A stretch of DNA of 64,000 nt, from positions 192,001 through 256,000 of the forward strand of contig CAWJRG010000010.1 in NCBI GenBank assembly GCA_963845185.1, written 5' to 3'. The notes under the pieces were generated by a model that was not told the DNA's origin, ran no database searches, and saw only the letters and a list, made by a program, of their open reading frames with translations. The translations under genes were made by a program, and so were the position numbers. Shown one piece after another: positions 47,029-58,098 of the stretch; position 1 is the stretch's first letter; every line of letters starts with the position of its first letter. The stretch is from an uncultured bacterium. GTDB taxonomy: Bacteria; Oederibacteriota; PGYV01; CAWJRG01.

Positions 47029-50000
47029 TTATAATAATTCCACTATCATATCCATGAACTGCTTTTCATCCTTGAATTCTGCTTCCATCTTGTTCCCGGA
47101 AAACTTCACATGAGGCCTGTATTTGTTCGCGAATTTCTGGAATTTGCCCTGGTCTATTCCCTTTTTATCTCCCCATAATATAATGAGTTTCCCGTCTTTT
47201 TCCGATATCTCGCCTGCCTTTAATTTCCTGCCGATGGCTTTTAACTTGCCTACAAAAAGTATGTTTTTTACTTCTTCGGGGTATTCGCCCCATATGTCCT
47301 TTAAATCCGCGCTTATTTTTTTTATGTCCTCAAGCTCGCGCGCCAGGAAAAGCCTGCGGTAAATCCTGAGTTTCTCAGCTGAATCCCATATATAACTTTC
47401 AGGTATAAAAGCCATAAACCCCACTTTTATTTTCGTGTCCACCTCATTTTCTATTTCCTCGCCTTTCATTTTCGAGACAGCCTCTTCCAGCATGCGGCAG
47501 TAAAGTTCAAACCCTATTTTCTCCATGTTTCCGTGCTGCTTTATGCCGAGTATGTTTCCTGCGCCGCGCAGTTCAAGGTCCTTCATCGCGATCCTGAACC
47601 CGGCGCCCGGGTCCACGTAGCTTTCTATTGTCTTTAACCGCTCTTCCGCTACTCCTGACATTGCCCGCCTGTCGTGCACCATGAGGTACGCGTAAGCCTG
47701 CCTGTCCCTGCGTCCAACCCTGCCCCTCAGCTGGTACAACTGGCCCAGGCCAAAATTTTCGGCGCTGCTTATTATTATCGTGTTCACGTCCGGCATGTCG
47801 AGGCCGGCCTCTATTATAGTGGTAGTTATAAGGACGTCGAATTTGCGCGCAAGAAAATCCGACATTATCTTCTCAAGCTCGTGCTTGGGCATCCTGCCGT
47901 GCGCCGTCCTGAATTTTACTTCAGGCAAATTCTGCTCGAGTATTTCCTTGAGCTTATTTATTGTCTTGATGTTGTTATGCACGTAAAAAACCTGGCCGTG
48001 CCTCAGGATTTCCCTCAGGATAATTTCCTTTGCCGCGTTTAATTTCTCCTCCACTATGTAAGTCTCAATCGGCTTTTTTCCGGCAGGCGGCGTATTTATC
48101 GTGCTTATGTCCCTTATTCCCGAAAGCGAGAAATAAAGCGTCCTTGGTATGGGCGTGGCCGTGAGCGTGAGTATATCTGCCTCGGGATATTTTTTCCTCA
48201 GCGACTCTTTGGCTTTCACCCCGAAATGCTGCTCCTCGTCTATTATTACAAGCCCGATATCCGGGATTTCAATGTCCTGGGACAGCACCGCGTGCGTGCC
48301 TATCAGTATGTCTATCTTCCCCTCTTTTAATTTTCTGATGATCTCCTTTCTTTTTTTAGCTGATACAAGCCGCGAAATCATCTCTATATTGACGGAATAA
48401 TCCGCCATCCTTTCCTTAAAAACCATGAAATGCTGCTGCGCCAGCAGCGTGGTCGAAGTCAGCATCAAGGCCCGGCTTCCGGCGTTTATTGCCTTAAAAG
48501 CCGCCCGCATGGCAACCTCGGTTTTGCCGAAACCCGCGTCCCCGCATACCAGCCTGTCCATCTGTTTCTGCCTTTCCATGTCGCGCTTGACGTCCTCTAT
48601 TGCCTTTGCTTGGTCAGGCGTCTCGTCATATATGAATGCGTCCTCGAATATTTTTTGTTCTTCCCCGTCTTCCGGGAACTGTATGCCGCCTGCCACCTGC
48701 CTTTTTGCGTAAATCCTTAAAAGCTCTTCTGCCATGGCGCGCATTTCTCGGTAAATTTCCTCTTTTGTCCTGCGCCACACAGGCGAGCCGAAAGCTGAAA
48801 GCGCTGGCACCCTGTCCGAGCCTATGTACTTGTCTATAAGGTTTATCTTGTAGATCGGCAGATAAAGCCTGTCATCGCCCGCGTATTTGATATGTATAAA
48901 ATCCCCGGTAAAATCTTCTATTGTCAACGTTTTAATGCCGGTGAATATCCCTATACCGTGGTCCACATGAACCACATGGTCTCCTTCTTTTAATTCCATA
49001 TAATGTTTTACCGGCTTTAAGAACCTGGATTTTATTTTTCTTGTCGGCTTGCCTGAGTACCTCTCAAAAACCTCCCTGTTTGAAATCACGCACAATTTTA
49101 TGTCGGGCAGGACGCAGCCCCTGTAGATATCGGCAATTAAAAACTTTATATTGGATAACGGCCTGCCCATAACGCTGGTTTCATGGTTTTTTATTATTTC
49201 TTTTATATGCTCGCTTTCTGCCTCGTTGTCTGATATCAGGCAGGTCGAGTATCCTTTGGCCTGCATCTGGCCGATGTAATCAAAAAATATACCCAAATTC
49301 CTTTTAAAAAGCGGGTTTATCCTTATCCTGAATTTTATTCCTCTTGCCTGTTTCGGTATAGAAAATGTCCTTAATTTCTGGAATCCGTTCAGTTTTCTAA
49401 AAATATTCCTGAGCGTGAAAAGGTTTTCCTCTGCCTCGTCGATATGCAGGTATTTTTCTATTTTCGAAATCTTCGCAATTATCTCGTTTTTCACCCTGTC
49501 CACGTCGTCGATTACTACAAGGGTGTCTTTGCCCGAAAAATAGTCTATTATCGAATGTTTTTTTTCGTTATTTTTGTTTCCGGGGTTGTAAAGAGACAGC
49601 TCTATTTTATCCAGCTGTTTTGTCGTGCTGTAAGTTTCAAGTGAAAAAAGCCTTATGCTTTCTATTTCGTCGCCGAAGACCGATATCCGCAGGGGATATT
49701 CGTAATCCGGGGAAAAAATGTCGATAATGTCGCCCCTTATGCTGTATTCAAAAACCTCCTCGACTTTCAGCGTCTTGCTGTAATTGTTCTCGGCAAGTAT
49801 TTCGTTCATTGCTTCTATCTTCAGTTTTTTGCCTTTTTCAAACGTCAAAAAATATTTTTTTGTTTGCGCCGGACCAGGTATTTTTTCAGAAAGGGCGTCT
49901 ATGTTGGTTACAATGACTTTTGATGCGCTCATGAATATCTGTTTGTAGGTCGCGGCACGCTCCTTTGAGATTTCCTTTGACGATTGTATGTGCCGGTAAA

Positions 50001-50265
50001 TAAGGCTGTCGTCAGCCGGGTAAAAAAGCACTTCCTTGCTTATTTTGAATATTTTTTTCAGGCTGTCTATTTCGGAGTAAATGGAATATATGTCTTCCGA
50101 AGAAGTTACTATGAATATGTCCTTTTTTACCTTTGCGGCCAAAAATGCGTAGAATATCCCCCTGAAACAGTCGGTCAGGCCCCCCGCGAAGATGTTGCGG
50201 CTGCCCGCCTCTGCCTCTTTTAAAACATCCTTTATTTCCCTGTATTGTTCGAGCAAGTCAAACAT
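47029..50265 (-). CDS. mfd: Transcription-repair coupling factor
   Basis: UvrB-like N-terminal region, VVHVDHGIG (RID), CGDAGFGKT, DEEQHFG, TATPIPRT, QLRGRVGR, TRCF C-domain. Confidence 0.95.
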   Translation of the reverse strand: MFDLLEQYREIKDVLKEAEAGSRNIFAGGLTDCFRGIFYAFLAAKVKKDIFIVTSSEDIYSIYSEIDSLKKIFKISKEVLFYPADDSLIYRHIQSSKEISKERAATYKQIFMSASKVIVTNIDALSEKIPGPAQTKKYFLTFEKGKKLKIEAMNEILAENNYSKTLKVEEVFEYSIRGDIIDIFSPDYEYPLRISVFGDEIESIRLFSLETYSTTKQLDKIELSLYNPGNKNNEKKHSIIDYFSGKDTLVVIDDVDRVKNEIIAKISKIEKYLHIDEAEENLFTLRNIFRKLNGFQKLRTFSIPKQARGIKFRIRINPLFKRNLGIFFDYIGQMQAKGYSTCLISDNEAESEHIKEIIKNHETSVMGRPLSNIKFLIADIYRGCVLPDIKLCVISNREVFERYSGKPTRKIKSRFLKPVKHYMELKEGDHVVHVDHGIGIFTGIKTLTIEDFTGDFIHIKYAGDDRLYLPIYKINLIDKYIGSDRVPALSAFGSPVWRRTKEEIYREMRAMAEELLRIYAKRQVAGGIQFPEDGEEQKIFEDAFIYDETPDQAKAIEDVKRDMERQKQMDRLVCGDAGFGKTEVAMRAAFKAINAGSRALMLTSTTLLAQQHFMVFKERMADYSVNIEMISRLVSAKKRKEIIRKLKEGKIDILIGTHAVLSQDIEIPDIGLVIIDEEQHFGVKAKESLRKKYPEADILTLTATPIPRTLYFSLSGIRDISTINTPPAGKKPIETYIVEEKLNAAKEIILREILRHGQVFYVHNNIKTINKLKEILEQNLPEVKFRTAHGRMPKHELEKIMSDFLARKFDVLITTTIIEAGLDMPDVNTIIISSAENFGLGQLYQLRGRVGRRDRQAYAYLMVHDRRAMSGVAEERLKTIESYVDPGAGFRIAMKDLELRGAGNILGIKQHGNMEKIGFELYCRMLEEAVSKMKGEEIENEVDTKIKVGFMAFIPESYIWDSAEKLRIYRRLFLARELEDIKKISADLKDIWGEYPEEVKNILFVGKLKAIGRKLKAGEISEKDGKLIILWGDKKGIDQGKFQKFANKYRPHVKFSGNKMEAEFKDEKQFMDMIVELL

Positions 50266-50303
50266 ATAACATATAAAAACAAAATTACCGGTTTATAAAA
50301 CCA

Positions 50304-50759
50304 TCATAAGATTTTAAAATATATCAATGCCCAAATAAGTATATTTCCGTAGACTCCTGTTATCGCGTCATCCGCCATAATGCCGTTGCCTCCGTATAAT
50401 TCCTGCGACTGGTACGCCGGCGGCGGCTTGATGATGTCGAGTATTCTGGCTATAAAAAAACCCGCAATCATTCGTTTTAAAGTGTATGGTATAAACATCA
50501 TAGTGATGAGGAACCCCACAACCTCGTCAATCACCACTTTGTGAGGGTCCTTTTCTTTAAAAATCGCAGCCGCATAATTTGATGCCCATATACCGATAAA
50601 AAAAAGAGCGACGGTTATGATGAAATAAACAGCCGGGTGCATGTTCCTGAATAAAAAATAATAAAAAGGCAAAAAACACAGCGTGGCAAAAGTCCCTGAA
50701 CCTTTCGGTAAGTAACCGGTGTAAAAAAAAGTAGATATTATTATGATTAACTGCCGCAT
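50304..50759 (-). CDS. pgpA: Phosphatidylglycerophosphatase A
   Basis: GSGTFAT, DPHKVVIDE, RILDIIKP, GIMADD. Confidence 0.9.
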   Translation of the reverse strand: MRQLIIIISTFFYTGYLPKGSGTFATLCFLPFYYFLFRNMHPAVYFIITVALFFIGIWASNYAAAIFKEKDPHKVVIDEVVGFLITMMFIPYTLKRMIAGFFIARILDIIKPPPAYQSQELYGGNGIMADDAITGVYGNILIWALIYFKIL

Positions 50760-50849
50760 GTTTGCACCTGTTCGAAAATTCCAAATTTTGTATGGAATTC
50801 TGTCGCGTCTTTTATATCTGAAATTTGAATTTTAAAATTTGAAATATAA

Positions 50850-51488
50850 CTACACTTCATTGTCAAAAAGTTTCCTGTTCCTGAAAAAATAATCAAAGCC
50901 CGATACAAGCGCAAGTATGGCAGCGACGAACATAAGCCAGTATGGCGCGTAATAAATCAGGTAAAGAATTGCCTTGCCTGCGTTACCGCCGTCCATCAGG
51001 GCTTTTTCCCACGGGGAAGCGTAAAATTCGATGGTATTCTGAATGGCAATCAAGGCCAGTATTATGATTATTGCCAGTATCTGCATTAGTGTTTTTGTTT
51101 TGCCCCAACCAGACGCCTCGATAATATCCCCGCCTTTTTTCGCTGCCATTATCCTGACGCCTGAAACAAAGAAATCCCTGCTTATTATTATTATCACCAT
51201 CCATGCCTGCACTATACCGAGCTGGACAAAACAAATAAAAGCGGAAAAAACGAGCAGCTTGTCCGCCACGGGGTCCATTATTTTGCCGAAATCGCTGACT
51301 ATTTTATATTTCCTAGCTATGTAACCGTCAAGGTAATCCGTGAACGCCCCAAGCGCGAAAAGCAAAAGTGCGGTGTAATTCAATATTATGTTGTTTGTCA
51401 GCACGCATGGTATGAATGCTATCGGCACGACCATTCTTAACAACGTGAGTCTGTTGGGCCATTTTTCAAACTTAATAATTTTTTTCAA
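50850..51488 (-). CDS. pgsA: CDP-diacylglycerol--glycerol-3-phosphate 3-phosphatidyltransferase
   Basis: PNRLTLLR, TDYLDGYIAR..GKIMDPVADK. Confidence 0.92.
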   Translation of the reverse strand: MKKIIKFEKWPNRLTLLRMVVPIAFIPCVLTNNIILNYTALLLFALGAFTDYLDGYIARKYKIVSDFGKIMDPVADKLLVFSAFICFVQLGIVQAWMVIIIISRDFFVSGVRIMAAKKGGDIIEASGWGKTKTLMQILAIIIILALIAIQNTIEFYASPWEKALMDGGNAGKAILYLIYYAPYWLMFVAAILALVSGFDYFFRNRKLFDNEV

Positions 51489-52843
51489 CGCACCTCTCCT
51501 GCAAGGTCATAGCCTTTAAATCCTTTGATTTCAGCTTTATAAAATTCCCCTATCTTCAGGGATTTCCGTGATTTAATTATAATGTTACAGTCAATATCCG
51601 GTGCGTTGTGCTCGTCCCTGGCCATAAATAAATTTTTTCCTGCCCTGCTCACTATAAGTACCCTCTTAATTTTTCCCTTTTCCTTTCCGTTATTATAATA
51701 ATAAACCCTTTTGCTTGCAAGCAATAATCTTTTTTTTCTTTCTTCTGCCTTTTTCCCACTTACTTTTCCGCCCAGCCTATAGGCGCCTGTGCCGGGCTCG
51801 TCAGAATAAGTGAAAAACCCGGCCTTTCCTACCCTGCCTTCTTTTATAAACCCGAGCAGCTCGCTGAATTTTTCCTTATCCTCGCCGGGATAGCCTGTAA
51901 TAAACGAGCTCCTTATGGTTATGCCCGGGACATTTTTTCCGGAGTAATCAAGGATTTTTAAGATATCTTTCTTCCCGTATCCCCTTTTCATGCTTTTAAG
52001 TATCGCGTCGTTCACGTGCTGGAAAGGTATGTCAAGGTACCTGCATATGATTTTCCTTTTATCTTTCCTCATTACGCTTATTACCTGTTTTACGGCGTCA
52101 AAATCCGGGTACAAGTAAAGCAGCCTCAGCCAGAATTTTTTATCCGTCCTTTTTATTATCTCAGATAGCAGCGCACCGATTTTTTTTGTTTTATACATAT
52201 CCTTGCCGTAAAAAGTCAGGTCCTGGCTTATAAGGTTGATTTCTTTTATTCCCGAATCGACAAGAATGTTTATTTCTTTTACTATGTCGGCTATTTTTCT
52301 GCTTTGGTATTTCCCTTTTATCGCCGGTATCGTACAAAAAGAGCACCTATGGTTGCAGCCATCCGAAATTTTTACGTAAGCAGAATACGGATTTAAAAGC
52401 ACGCGCCGGTCCCGGCAGGAATATATATATGGCTTGGCTTCGGCATACACTCCTCTTTTGTTTAAGGCCAGGGCAGCGTTCTTAATATCATTTACCCCGA
52501 GCCACGAATATACAGCCGGGAATTTTTTTATAAGGCGGTTTTTATCCCTGGTTACATGGCAGCCGGCGACAATAATCTTTAAATCCCTATTTTTTTTTCT
52601 ATAAGCCAGCATTTCCCTGATTGTCTTCTCGGTTTCATCCCTTGCCTCTTTTAGAAAAGCGCATGTGTTTATAAGTATGACATCCGCATCTTCAGGAGAG
52701 CGTGTGATTGAATATTCACCGAGGGATGATATCATGCATTCGGTATCAACAATATTCTTCGGGCAGCCGAGATTTACGATCCCAAGTTTCAAATTGTGCC
52801 TTTTGGGTTTAAATGATGATTTGATTTTTTCGCGGATTAGCAT
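51485..52843 (-). CDS. rimO: Ribosomal protein S12 methylthiotransferase
   Basis: LGCPKNIVD, INTCAFL, KISDGCNHRCSFC, APDID; adjacent to pgsA. Confidence 0.9.
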   Translation of the reverse strand: MLIREKIKSSFKPKRHNLKLGIVNLGCPKNIVDTECMISSLGEYSITRSPEDADVILINTCAFLKEARDETEKTIREMLAYRKKNRDLKIIVAGCHVTRDKNRLIKKFPAVYSWLGVNDIKNAALALNKRGVYAEAKPYIYSCRDRRVLLNPYSAYVKISDGCNHRCSFCTIPAIKGKYQSRKIADIVKEINILVDSGIKEINLISQDLTFYGKDMYKTKKIGALLSEIIKRTDKKFWLRLLYLYPDFDAVKQVISVMRKDKRKIICRYLDIPFQHVNDAILKSMKRGYGKKDILKILDYSGKNVPGITIRSSFITGYPGEDKEKFSELLGFIKEGRVGKAGFFTYSDEPGTGAYRLGGKVSGKKAEERKKRLLLASKRVYYYNNGKEKGKIKRVLIVSRAGKNLFMARDEHNAPDIDCNIIIKSRKSLKIGEFYKAEIKGFKGYDLAGEVR

Positions 52844-52920
52844 GTATTGTTTTGTGGTAGGAGTTATGTTGGAAGTGTTATGTGCCTAATTCTTGTTTTC
52901 AAACACATAGCACATACCAC

Positions 52921-53418
52921 TCATCGGTAATTCGTAAATTGCGTGTCTATGCCGAAATCCTTTTGTTTAAGCGCCGCAATCACGTCCTGCAAATCATCTT
53001 TTTTCCTGCCTGATACCCTTATTACATCCTTCTGGATTGAAGGCTGGACTTTAAGTTTGGTGTCCTTTATAAATTTCACTATATCTTTTGCTTTTTCCTG
53101 CGGGATACCTTCCTGGATTGTCACTTTGATAAAAAAGCTTTTGATGCCCGACTCCACCGGCTCGTCGGCCTTAAGCGCCTTCAGCGGCACTCCTCTTTTG
53201 GCCATTTTGTTCATCATGACGTCAAGAGCCGTCCTAACCTTATAATCGTCGATTGACTTTACTGTTATTGTCCTTTCTTCCTTATTAAACTCTATTGTAG
53301 TATTTGTGTCCTTGAAATCATACCGCCCAATAATCTCTTTATCCGCCTGGTTTATTGCGTTGACAACTTCCTGCATATCCACTTTTGACACTATATCGAA
53401 CGAGAAATCTTCAGGCAT
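52921..53418 (-). CDS. yajQ: YajQ-family nucleotide/c-di-GMP-binding protein
   Basis: SFDIVS..EVVNA..RYDFK, RVSGRKKDDLQ, QFTNYR. Confidence 0.92.
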   Translation of the reverse strand: MPEDFSFDIVSKVDMQEVVNAINQADKEIIGRYDFKDTNTTIEFNKEERTITVKSIDDYKVRTALDVMMNKMAKRGVPLKALKADEPVESGIKSFFIKVTIQEGIPQEKAKDIVKFIKDTKLKVQPSIQKDVIRVSGRKKDDLQDVIAALKQKDFGIDTQFTNYR

Positions 53419-53456
53419 GTTTCACCTCGCAAAGAATTTCAAATTTCATATTTTAT

Positions 53457-54375
53457 TTACGGCGAAACAGTCGCTGTATCTTTTAGAACAGGCTGCGCTT
53501 CAGCGGACTTGGTTGTTGCCGCCGCTGACGGTTTTTCTCCTGTAGGCGGGTTCGCCGAGGTTTTCTCGCCTTCCGGAGAGTTGACTTTCATCCTTTTAAA
53601 ACCCTGCCCTTTGTCAATATACCAGTTTTTACCTGCTTCAAAAATAAGGCCGTTTATTACCTCGCCTTCCTGCCCAATTACGCCGATTTTATCGCCGTTT
53701 ACGTTAAATTCAACTCCACCGGCATTGCCGACTAGAAAAACCATCTTGTTTATGCCGCTCCACTGTTTTTCATCGTTTTTCTTCAGGTAATATTCCTCTT
53801 CCTTGTCGCCGAATTTTGCTTTCAGCCACACGTCTTCCTTTGCCTTAATTTCCACTTTTATGCTTTCCTCCGGCACAGGCGTCGTGTAAACTTCCTTGGT
53901 TCCGGCAGGTTTTGCCCTATTGCATCCTTTGAAAACAACTGCGAGTAATAATATAATTATTATTAAAGCTGCTGCAGCGGCACAAATCACCAAAATGTTG
54001 TTCTGCTTGAAAAAGCTCTGCAGGGTTTCTGTCTTCCTGTCTATTTCATTTATCATATCCTGCTTTGCAGAGCTTGAATTTTGCCTGCTGCGGTTCCTGC
54101 TTTTTTATTGTTTCCTTTCTTTCATCAGCCAAAATGGTTTCCGGCTCGGGCGTTAAAAGCGCCATGATTTCATCTATATTTAACTTTAAAAATTTTGCGT
54201 AGGTCTTTAAAAACAACCTGTGATAAATAGGTTTATCAAAAGCTCCTACGTCCTCATCCTCCAGGGCTTTTAGGTACCTTGCGTCTATCTTAAGGATTTT
54301 TTCTATTTCGGGATATTTTAAATTCTTTTCTTCCCTGCGGCTTTTTAAGAGCTCTCCGTATCCTTTCTTATTCAT
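53457..54375 (-). pseudogene. rodZ: RodZ-like protein (HTH + TM + DUF4115) split into two overlapping ORFs
   Basis: 54046-54375 is the HTH (GELLKSRRE..YLKALE..FLKTYAKFL); 53457-54056 is TM + DUF4115 (VWLKA..VGNAGGVEFNVNG). The two frames differ by one nucleotide, in the canonical lolA-rodZ-rimO-pgsA context. Confidence 0.75.
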
Positions 54376-55370
54376 TTTTCTTCTCCTTTATTTTTCTTTT
54401 CAGCGCCCGCCCCGGACCCTTCACTTTCTCCGGTCAAAGCACTCCCGTCTATTTCCTCCACGCCTTCAGGCGCCTTGAAAACAAATTTATCATCACTCAA
54501 TGCCGGAGTTTCACCCAGCTGCGCGGAATTATAGGTCACTATATCCGAAAATTCGACCTCAACCATTGTGTTTGCCATTTTCATGCTCATGTATGAAGGC
54601 AACAGGTCTTTTTTACCTATTTTCACTTCTATCGAGTCAAAATCCATGTCTTTTTTATGCAGGGGAATCATTTTCAGGTCATAATAATTCTCGTTTTGCT
54701 CGTCAAGCTTTGTTTTGCTGTTCTTGGCAAAAAATGCTATCGATGTCTCAAGGTCTATATAAAAGTGCATGTTAAGGTTTGCTTCCTTCACGTTCTGCTT
54801 TATTACCTGGTTTAATTTCGGCGTATATATCCACAGCATCTTGCCGTCAGATATCATCGCCTGTTCGTTTGGCTCGGTATAATGCACGTAAAATTTATCC
54901 GGTTTTTTTATCATGACGTCGCCTTTTACTTTTTGCGTCATGTCGGCGTCAAGATAAGTTGTCTTGATTTCTATTTTCGCCGTAAGGGCTTTCCTGTCTT
55001 TTTGCTCACGTATTAATTTGTCGATAAAAAGCTTGATTTTTCCTGTTTGTGCGGCTGTTTTTGCAGGCTTCTTTTTCGGATTTATTGACGGAGTTGCCTG
55101 GCCCGAAGGGATTTCAACTGCCGATTCCGTGGGAGAAGGTGATACTGCCTCTGCCTCTTTCATTCCTGATGTCGGGGTTGCTTGCCTAGCCACGGCATTT
55201 GTCGGCGATGGGCTGATTAATGCCTGCGGCTGCGCTGTCACGCTTGATTTCTGCGGCGACTGCGTATTGGCCTGGTTTTCGGTTATCTCGGCTTTACCGA
55301 AAGCGCAGTTGCAGAAAAAAATTATTACGCTAAAAAGGATTACAATATGTATTATTTTCATAATTTTCAT
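54372..55370 (-). CDS. lolA: Outer-membrane lipoprotein carrier LolA-like protein with low-complexity N-terminal extension
   Basis: KGDVMIKKPDKF...EP.EQ..ISDGKMLWIYTP.LNQV, F.F.APEGVE.ID. Confidence 0.75.
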   Translation of the reverse strand: MKIMKIIHIVILFSVIIFFCNCAFGKAEITENQANTQSPQKSSVTAQPQALISPSPTNAVARQATPTSGMKEAEAVSPSPTESAVEIPSGQATPSINPKKKPAKTAAQTGKIKLFIDKLIREQKDRKALTAKIEIKTTYLDADMTQKVKGDVMIKKPDKFYVHYTEPNEQAMISDGKMLWIYTPKLNQVIKQNVKEANLNMHFYIDLETSIAFFAKNSKTKLDEQNENYYDLKMIPLHKKDMDFDSIEVKIGKKDLLPSYMSMKMANTMVEVEFSDIVTYNSAQLGETPALSDDKFVFKAPEGVEEIDGSALTGESEGSGAGAEKKNKGEEK

Positions 55371-55594
55371 CCAATCCTCCTGAAAGTCAGTTGATTTTGT
55401 CCGGTATATCTTTTATGCGGCAAAATCTTTTAAAACTATTATACCCTTGGGTATCCTTAGGCTTTGCACGGCAGCAACAGTCCCAAATGATATTATTGTG
55501 TCTTTAAAAGTTTAAAGCCCCGGAAATTCAGCCAGGGGCCTTATGCGGTTAAGTATTTTATACCCGAAGTGCTTTAAAATCAATAAAAATCTTA

Positions 55595-55689
55595 GATATC
55601 GTTTGTTTTGTCAAGCTTCTCAGCGCAGACAAAACATTACGATATTTTATACCCGCTCAAGTCACGAGCTTGCAAGTGACAAGAGGTAT
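55595..55689. repeat. Two-hairpin element B, copy 2
   Basis: GATATCGTTTGTTTTGTCAAGC..GACAAAACATTACGATAT plus ATACCCGCTCAAGTC..GACAAGAGGTAT; homologous to 6788-6950 and 58820-58918. Confidence 0.7.
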
Positions 55690-56504
55690 TAAATGTCTTT
55701 TGTTAATTTATTATTTATCCATGAGTAGATGTCACCAAATACCTGTTTTCTGTTCTTCTCTATTGTCAGCGCGTGGAAGGAATCCTTGTATAAGTGATAT
55801 TCCTTGTCGCATTTAAGCTTATTGAATAATTTCAGGGAAGAGGAGTTTTTTCCCAGGTAATCTTTCCCGGCAAGCAGAAACAGAACCGGTATTTTTATTT
55901 TCGCCGTGTTTAGCATTGCTTTTATCTGGATTAAAAGTATGCCAAGTAAAAGCCCTGCCGAGGCAAACCTGTGTTCGCGCTTGTCACTTTTCAGCCTTTT
56001 TAATATGGAAACATCCCTCGACAGTTCCTCGGACTTAAAAGGCATTAGAATTGGTTTTGCCGGAATAAACAAGGCAGTAAAACCTATCAAAATCTTTTTC
56101 ATCAGGCTGATTTTCATTGAATCCTCATAAACCGGTACAACCTCAATAAGACCTTTGTAATTGCTGTCGCAATCAAGCACGGTCATATGTGCTATGAGGG
56201 CGCCCATGCTTTCGCCAATGATAAAAATTGGTTTTTTGGAATTTTCCGACTTTATTATTTCCTTCAGGATGGCTATGTCCTTATAATAAATATTGATTGC
56301 TTCCACATATCCCGGCCTTTGAGAAAGTTCGCCAAACCCGCGCAATGCAAGTGCGTAAACTGAAATTCTCTTTGTCTTAAAAAAATTTCCCATTTCAGCA
56401 AACCTTTCAGAATGTGCGCCCATGCCGTGCACAGCAAGAATAACTGCTTTCGAATTTTTCGTCTGCCACTTTCTATAGTATATCCCGTTTTTATTTATAA
56501 GCAT
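55689..56504 (-). CDS. Alpha/beta hydrolase (lysophospholipase/monoacylglycerol lipase-like)
   Basis: HGMGAHSERF, LRGFG, GESMG nucleophile elbow, C-terminal D and H. Confidence 0.85.
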   Translation of the reverse strand: MLINKNGIYYRKWQTKNSKAVILAVHGMGAHSERFAEMGNFFKTKRISVYALALRGFGELSQRPGYVEAINIYYKDIAILKEIIKSENSKKPIFIIGESMGALIAHMTVLDCDSNYKGLIEVVPVYEDSMKISLMKKILIGFTALFIPAKPILMPFKSEELSRDVSILKRLKSDKREHRFASAGLLLGILLIQIKAMLNTAKIKIPVLFLLAGKDYLGKNSSSLKLFNKLKCDKEYHLYKDSFHALTIEKNRKQVFGDIYSWINNKLTKDI

Positions 56505-56518
56505 GCATGCCCCGCATT

Positions 56519-57076
56519 TTACTTTTTTTGCCCGTTTTCGGCAGAAAGCATTTCAACAAGGCGTTTTGTTTCTTCTTCAGTTATATACCTATCTGAAGGC
56601 GAGCGCAGTATAGTTTTGTTTTTCATGCTTACTGCCCTTCCGAACGAAAGTGCCATATCGTATACTGATTCTGCCTGTGGAAGGAAACTTACAAATACTG
56701 GCACATCCGGTTTTGACATGTACCACCTGCCGGCGTTGCTAAAATAAAGGCTCGTAGTTATAACGCCAAGCCTTGCCTGCTTTTTCCTGTCATTGTCTGT
56801 TTGCCCTGCGGCGATTTCAAGAAACTTTTTGCACAGCGCGAAAAATTCGTTTTTTATCTTTTCGTTAAGGACTATTGCATAATCGCCCATGACGTCTTCA
56901 AAGTACATGTAGGTTGTTTTGCTTCGTACGTCGTACTTTAATGTACTTTTTTTATCTACCATTTGACGGCTGGAATCCAAATATTCCTGTACTTTAATTT
57001 CGCCGATAGGCATTTGTCCTGCATAAACAAATATGGAAGTCAGGAAAAGGAAAATGATAAATAATATTCTTTTCAT
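56519..57076 (-). CDS. Hypothetical exported protein
   Basis: Signal peptide MKRILFIIFLFLTSIFVYA; no recognised domain. Confidence 0.55.
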   Translation of the reverse strand: MKRILFIIFLFLTSIFVYAGQMPIGEIKVQEYLDSSRQMVDKKSTLKYDVRSKTTYMYFEDVMGDYAIVLNEKIKNEFFALCKKFLEIAAGQTDNDRKKQARLGVITTSLYFSNAGRWYMSKPDVPVFVSFLPQAESVYDMALSFGRAVSMKNKTILRSPSDRYITEEETKRLVEMLSAENGQKK

Positions 57077-57258
57077 TTTTTACCCGGACATGCGTCAATA
57101 TAGGTATTATTCATAAAACCACACCTCTTAAAAAAGTCTTTGACTCCGGTCCACCGGCGCCTTTTTTGATGACAAATCATATATTAACATTAAATAAAAC
57201 AGGTGTCAAACAATCCGTAAAATTCGATCCCTTCTTCGAAAATGGCGGCTTATATCGT

Positions 57259-58059
57259 TCACTTTTCCGCAGTACCTTTAAAGAAAGTATAACAAAAAAC
57301 CCCGCCTTTTCTTGCCGATTTACTTAAATCTCTTATCCCTTTATTCCATGTTTTTTTATCAATCATCCCGCAGGCAATAGCCTGTTTTTCCACTCCTTTT
57401 ACCATAGCTATATATGTTTTTTTTGTAAACCCTTCGGTCATTTTCGGCCTGCTCTCGTCTGCATAAACAAATCTTGGCGAAATATTTATATTATTAAACC
57501 CTGCTTTTTTCAGCAAAGGATAAAGGCGCCTGCCGATAAGGGAATCCCCTCCCAGCTTTTTCTGAATATCAATCAAACAGCGTATTGTTTTCATAGCGTC
57601 CTTGCTTTCAGGGTAAAAAAGCGATGTTTCATGATCCCCTTCTATAACGGTTAATGTGCCTTCTTTTTTTAAGACTTTTTTTAAATTCTTCAAAGCCTTA
57701 ATTGGCTCACGCAAATGCTCAAGCACAAAACAGACAAAAACATGGTCAAAGGTATTGTCTTCAAAAGGCAGGTCAAAAATATCAGCTATCCTGAATTCTA
57801 CATTATTTATTCTTGATTTTTTTATTAGAGAGCGTGCTTTATCCAGCGATTCCGAAGAAATATCCATGGATATTATCAGGGCTCCCGGGCTGTTTTTGGC
57901 GAGTATTACTGTCTGCGCACCGACACCGCATCCTGCTTCAAGCACTTTGCTGCCTTTTGGGTAATGCGTATCGCCGTGCAAAAGTCCAGTAAGAGTATTA
58001 GCCTGGTCAAACAATCGTGTATGTTCTCTCTTTGTATAACCATGTACATAATTCCGCAT
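57259..58059 (-). CDS. Class I SAM-dependent methyltransferase
   Basis: VLEAGCGVG, DIS, LPFEDNTFD, FVLEHL. Confidence 0.88.
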   Translation of the reverse strand: MRNYVHGYTKREHTRLFDQANTLTGLLHGDTHYPKGSKVLEAGCGVGAQTVILAKNSPGALIISMDISSESLDKARSLIKKSRINNVEFRIADIFDLPFEDNTFDHVFVCFVLEHLREPIKALKNLKKVLKKEGTLTVIEGDHETSLFYPESKDAMKTIRCLIDIQKKLGGDSLIGRRLYPLLKKAGFNNINISPRFVYADESRPKMTEGFTKKTYIAMVKGVEKQAIACGMIDKKTWNKGIRDLSKSARKGGVFCYTFFKGTAEK

Positions 58060-58098
58060 ATCATGATCCTTTAAATACAGGGCATACTATATATTTTG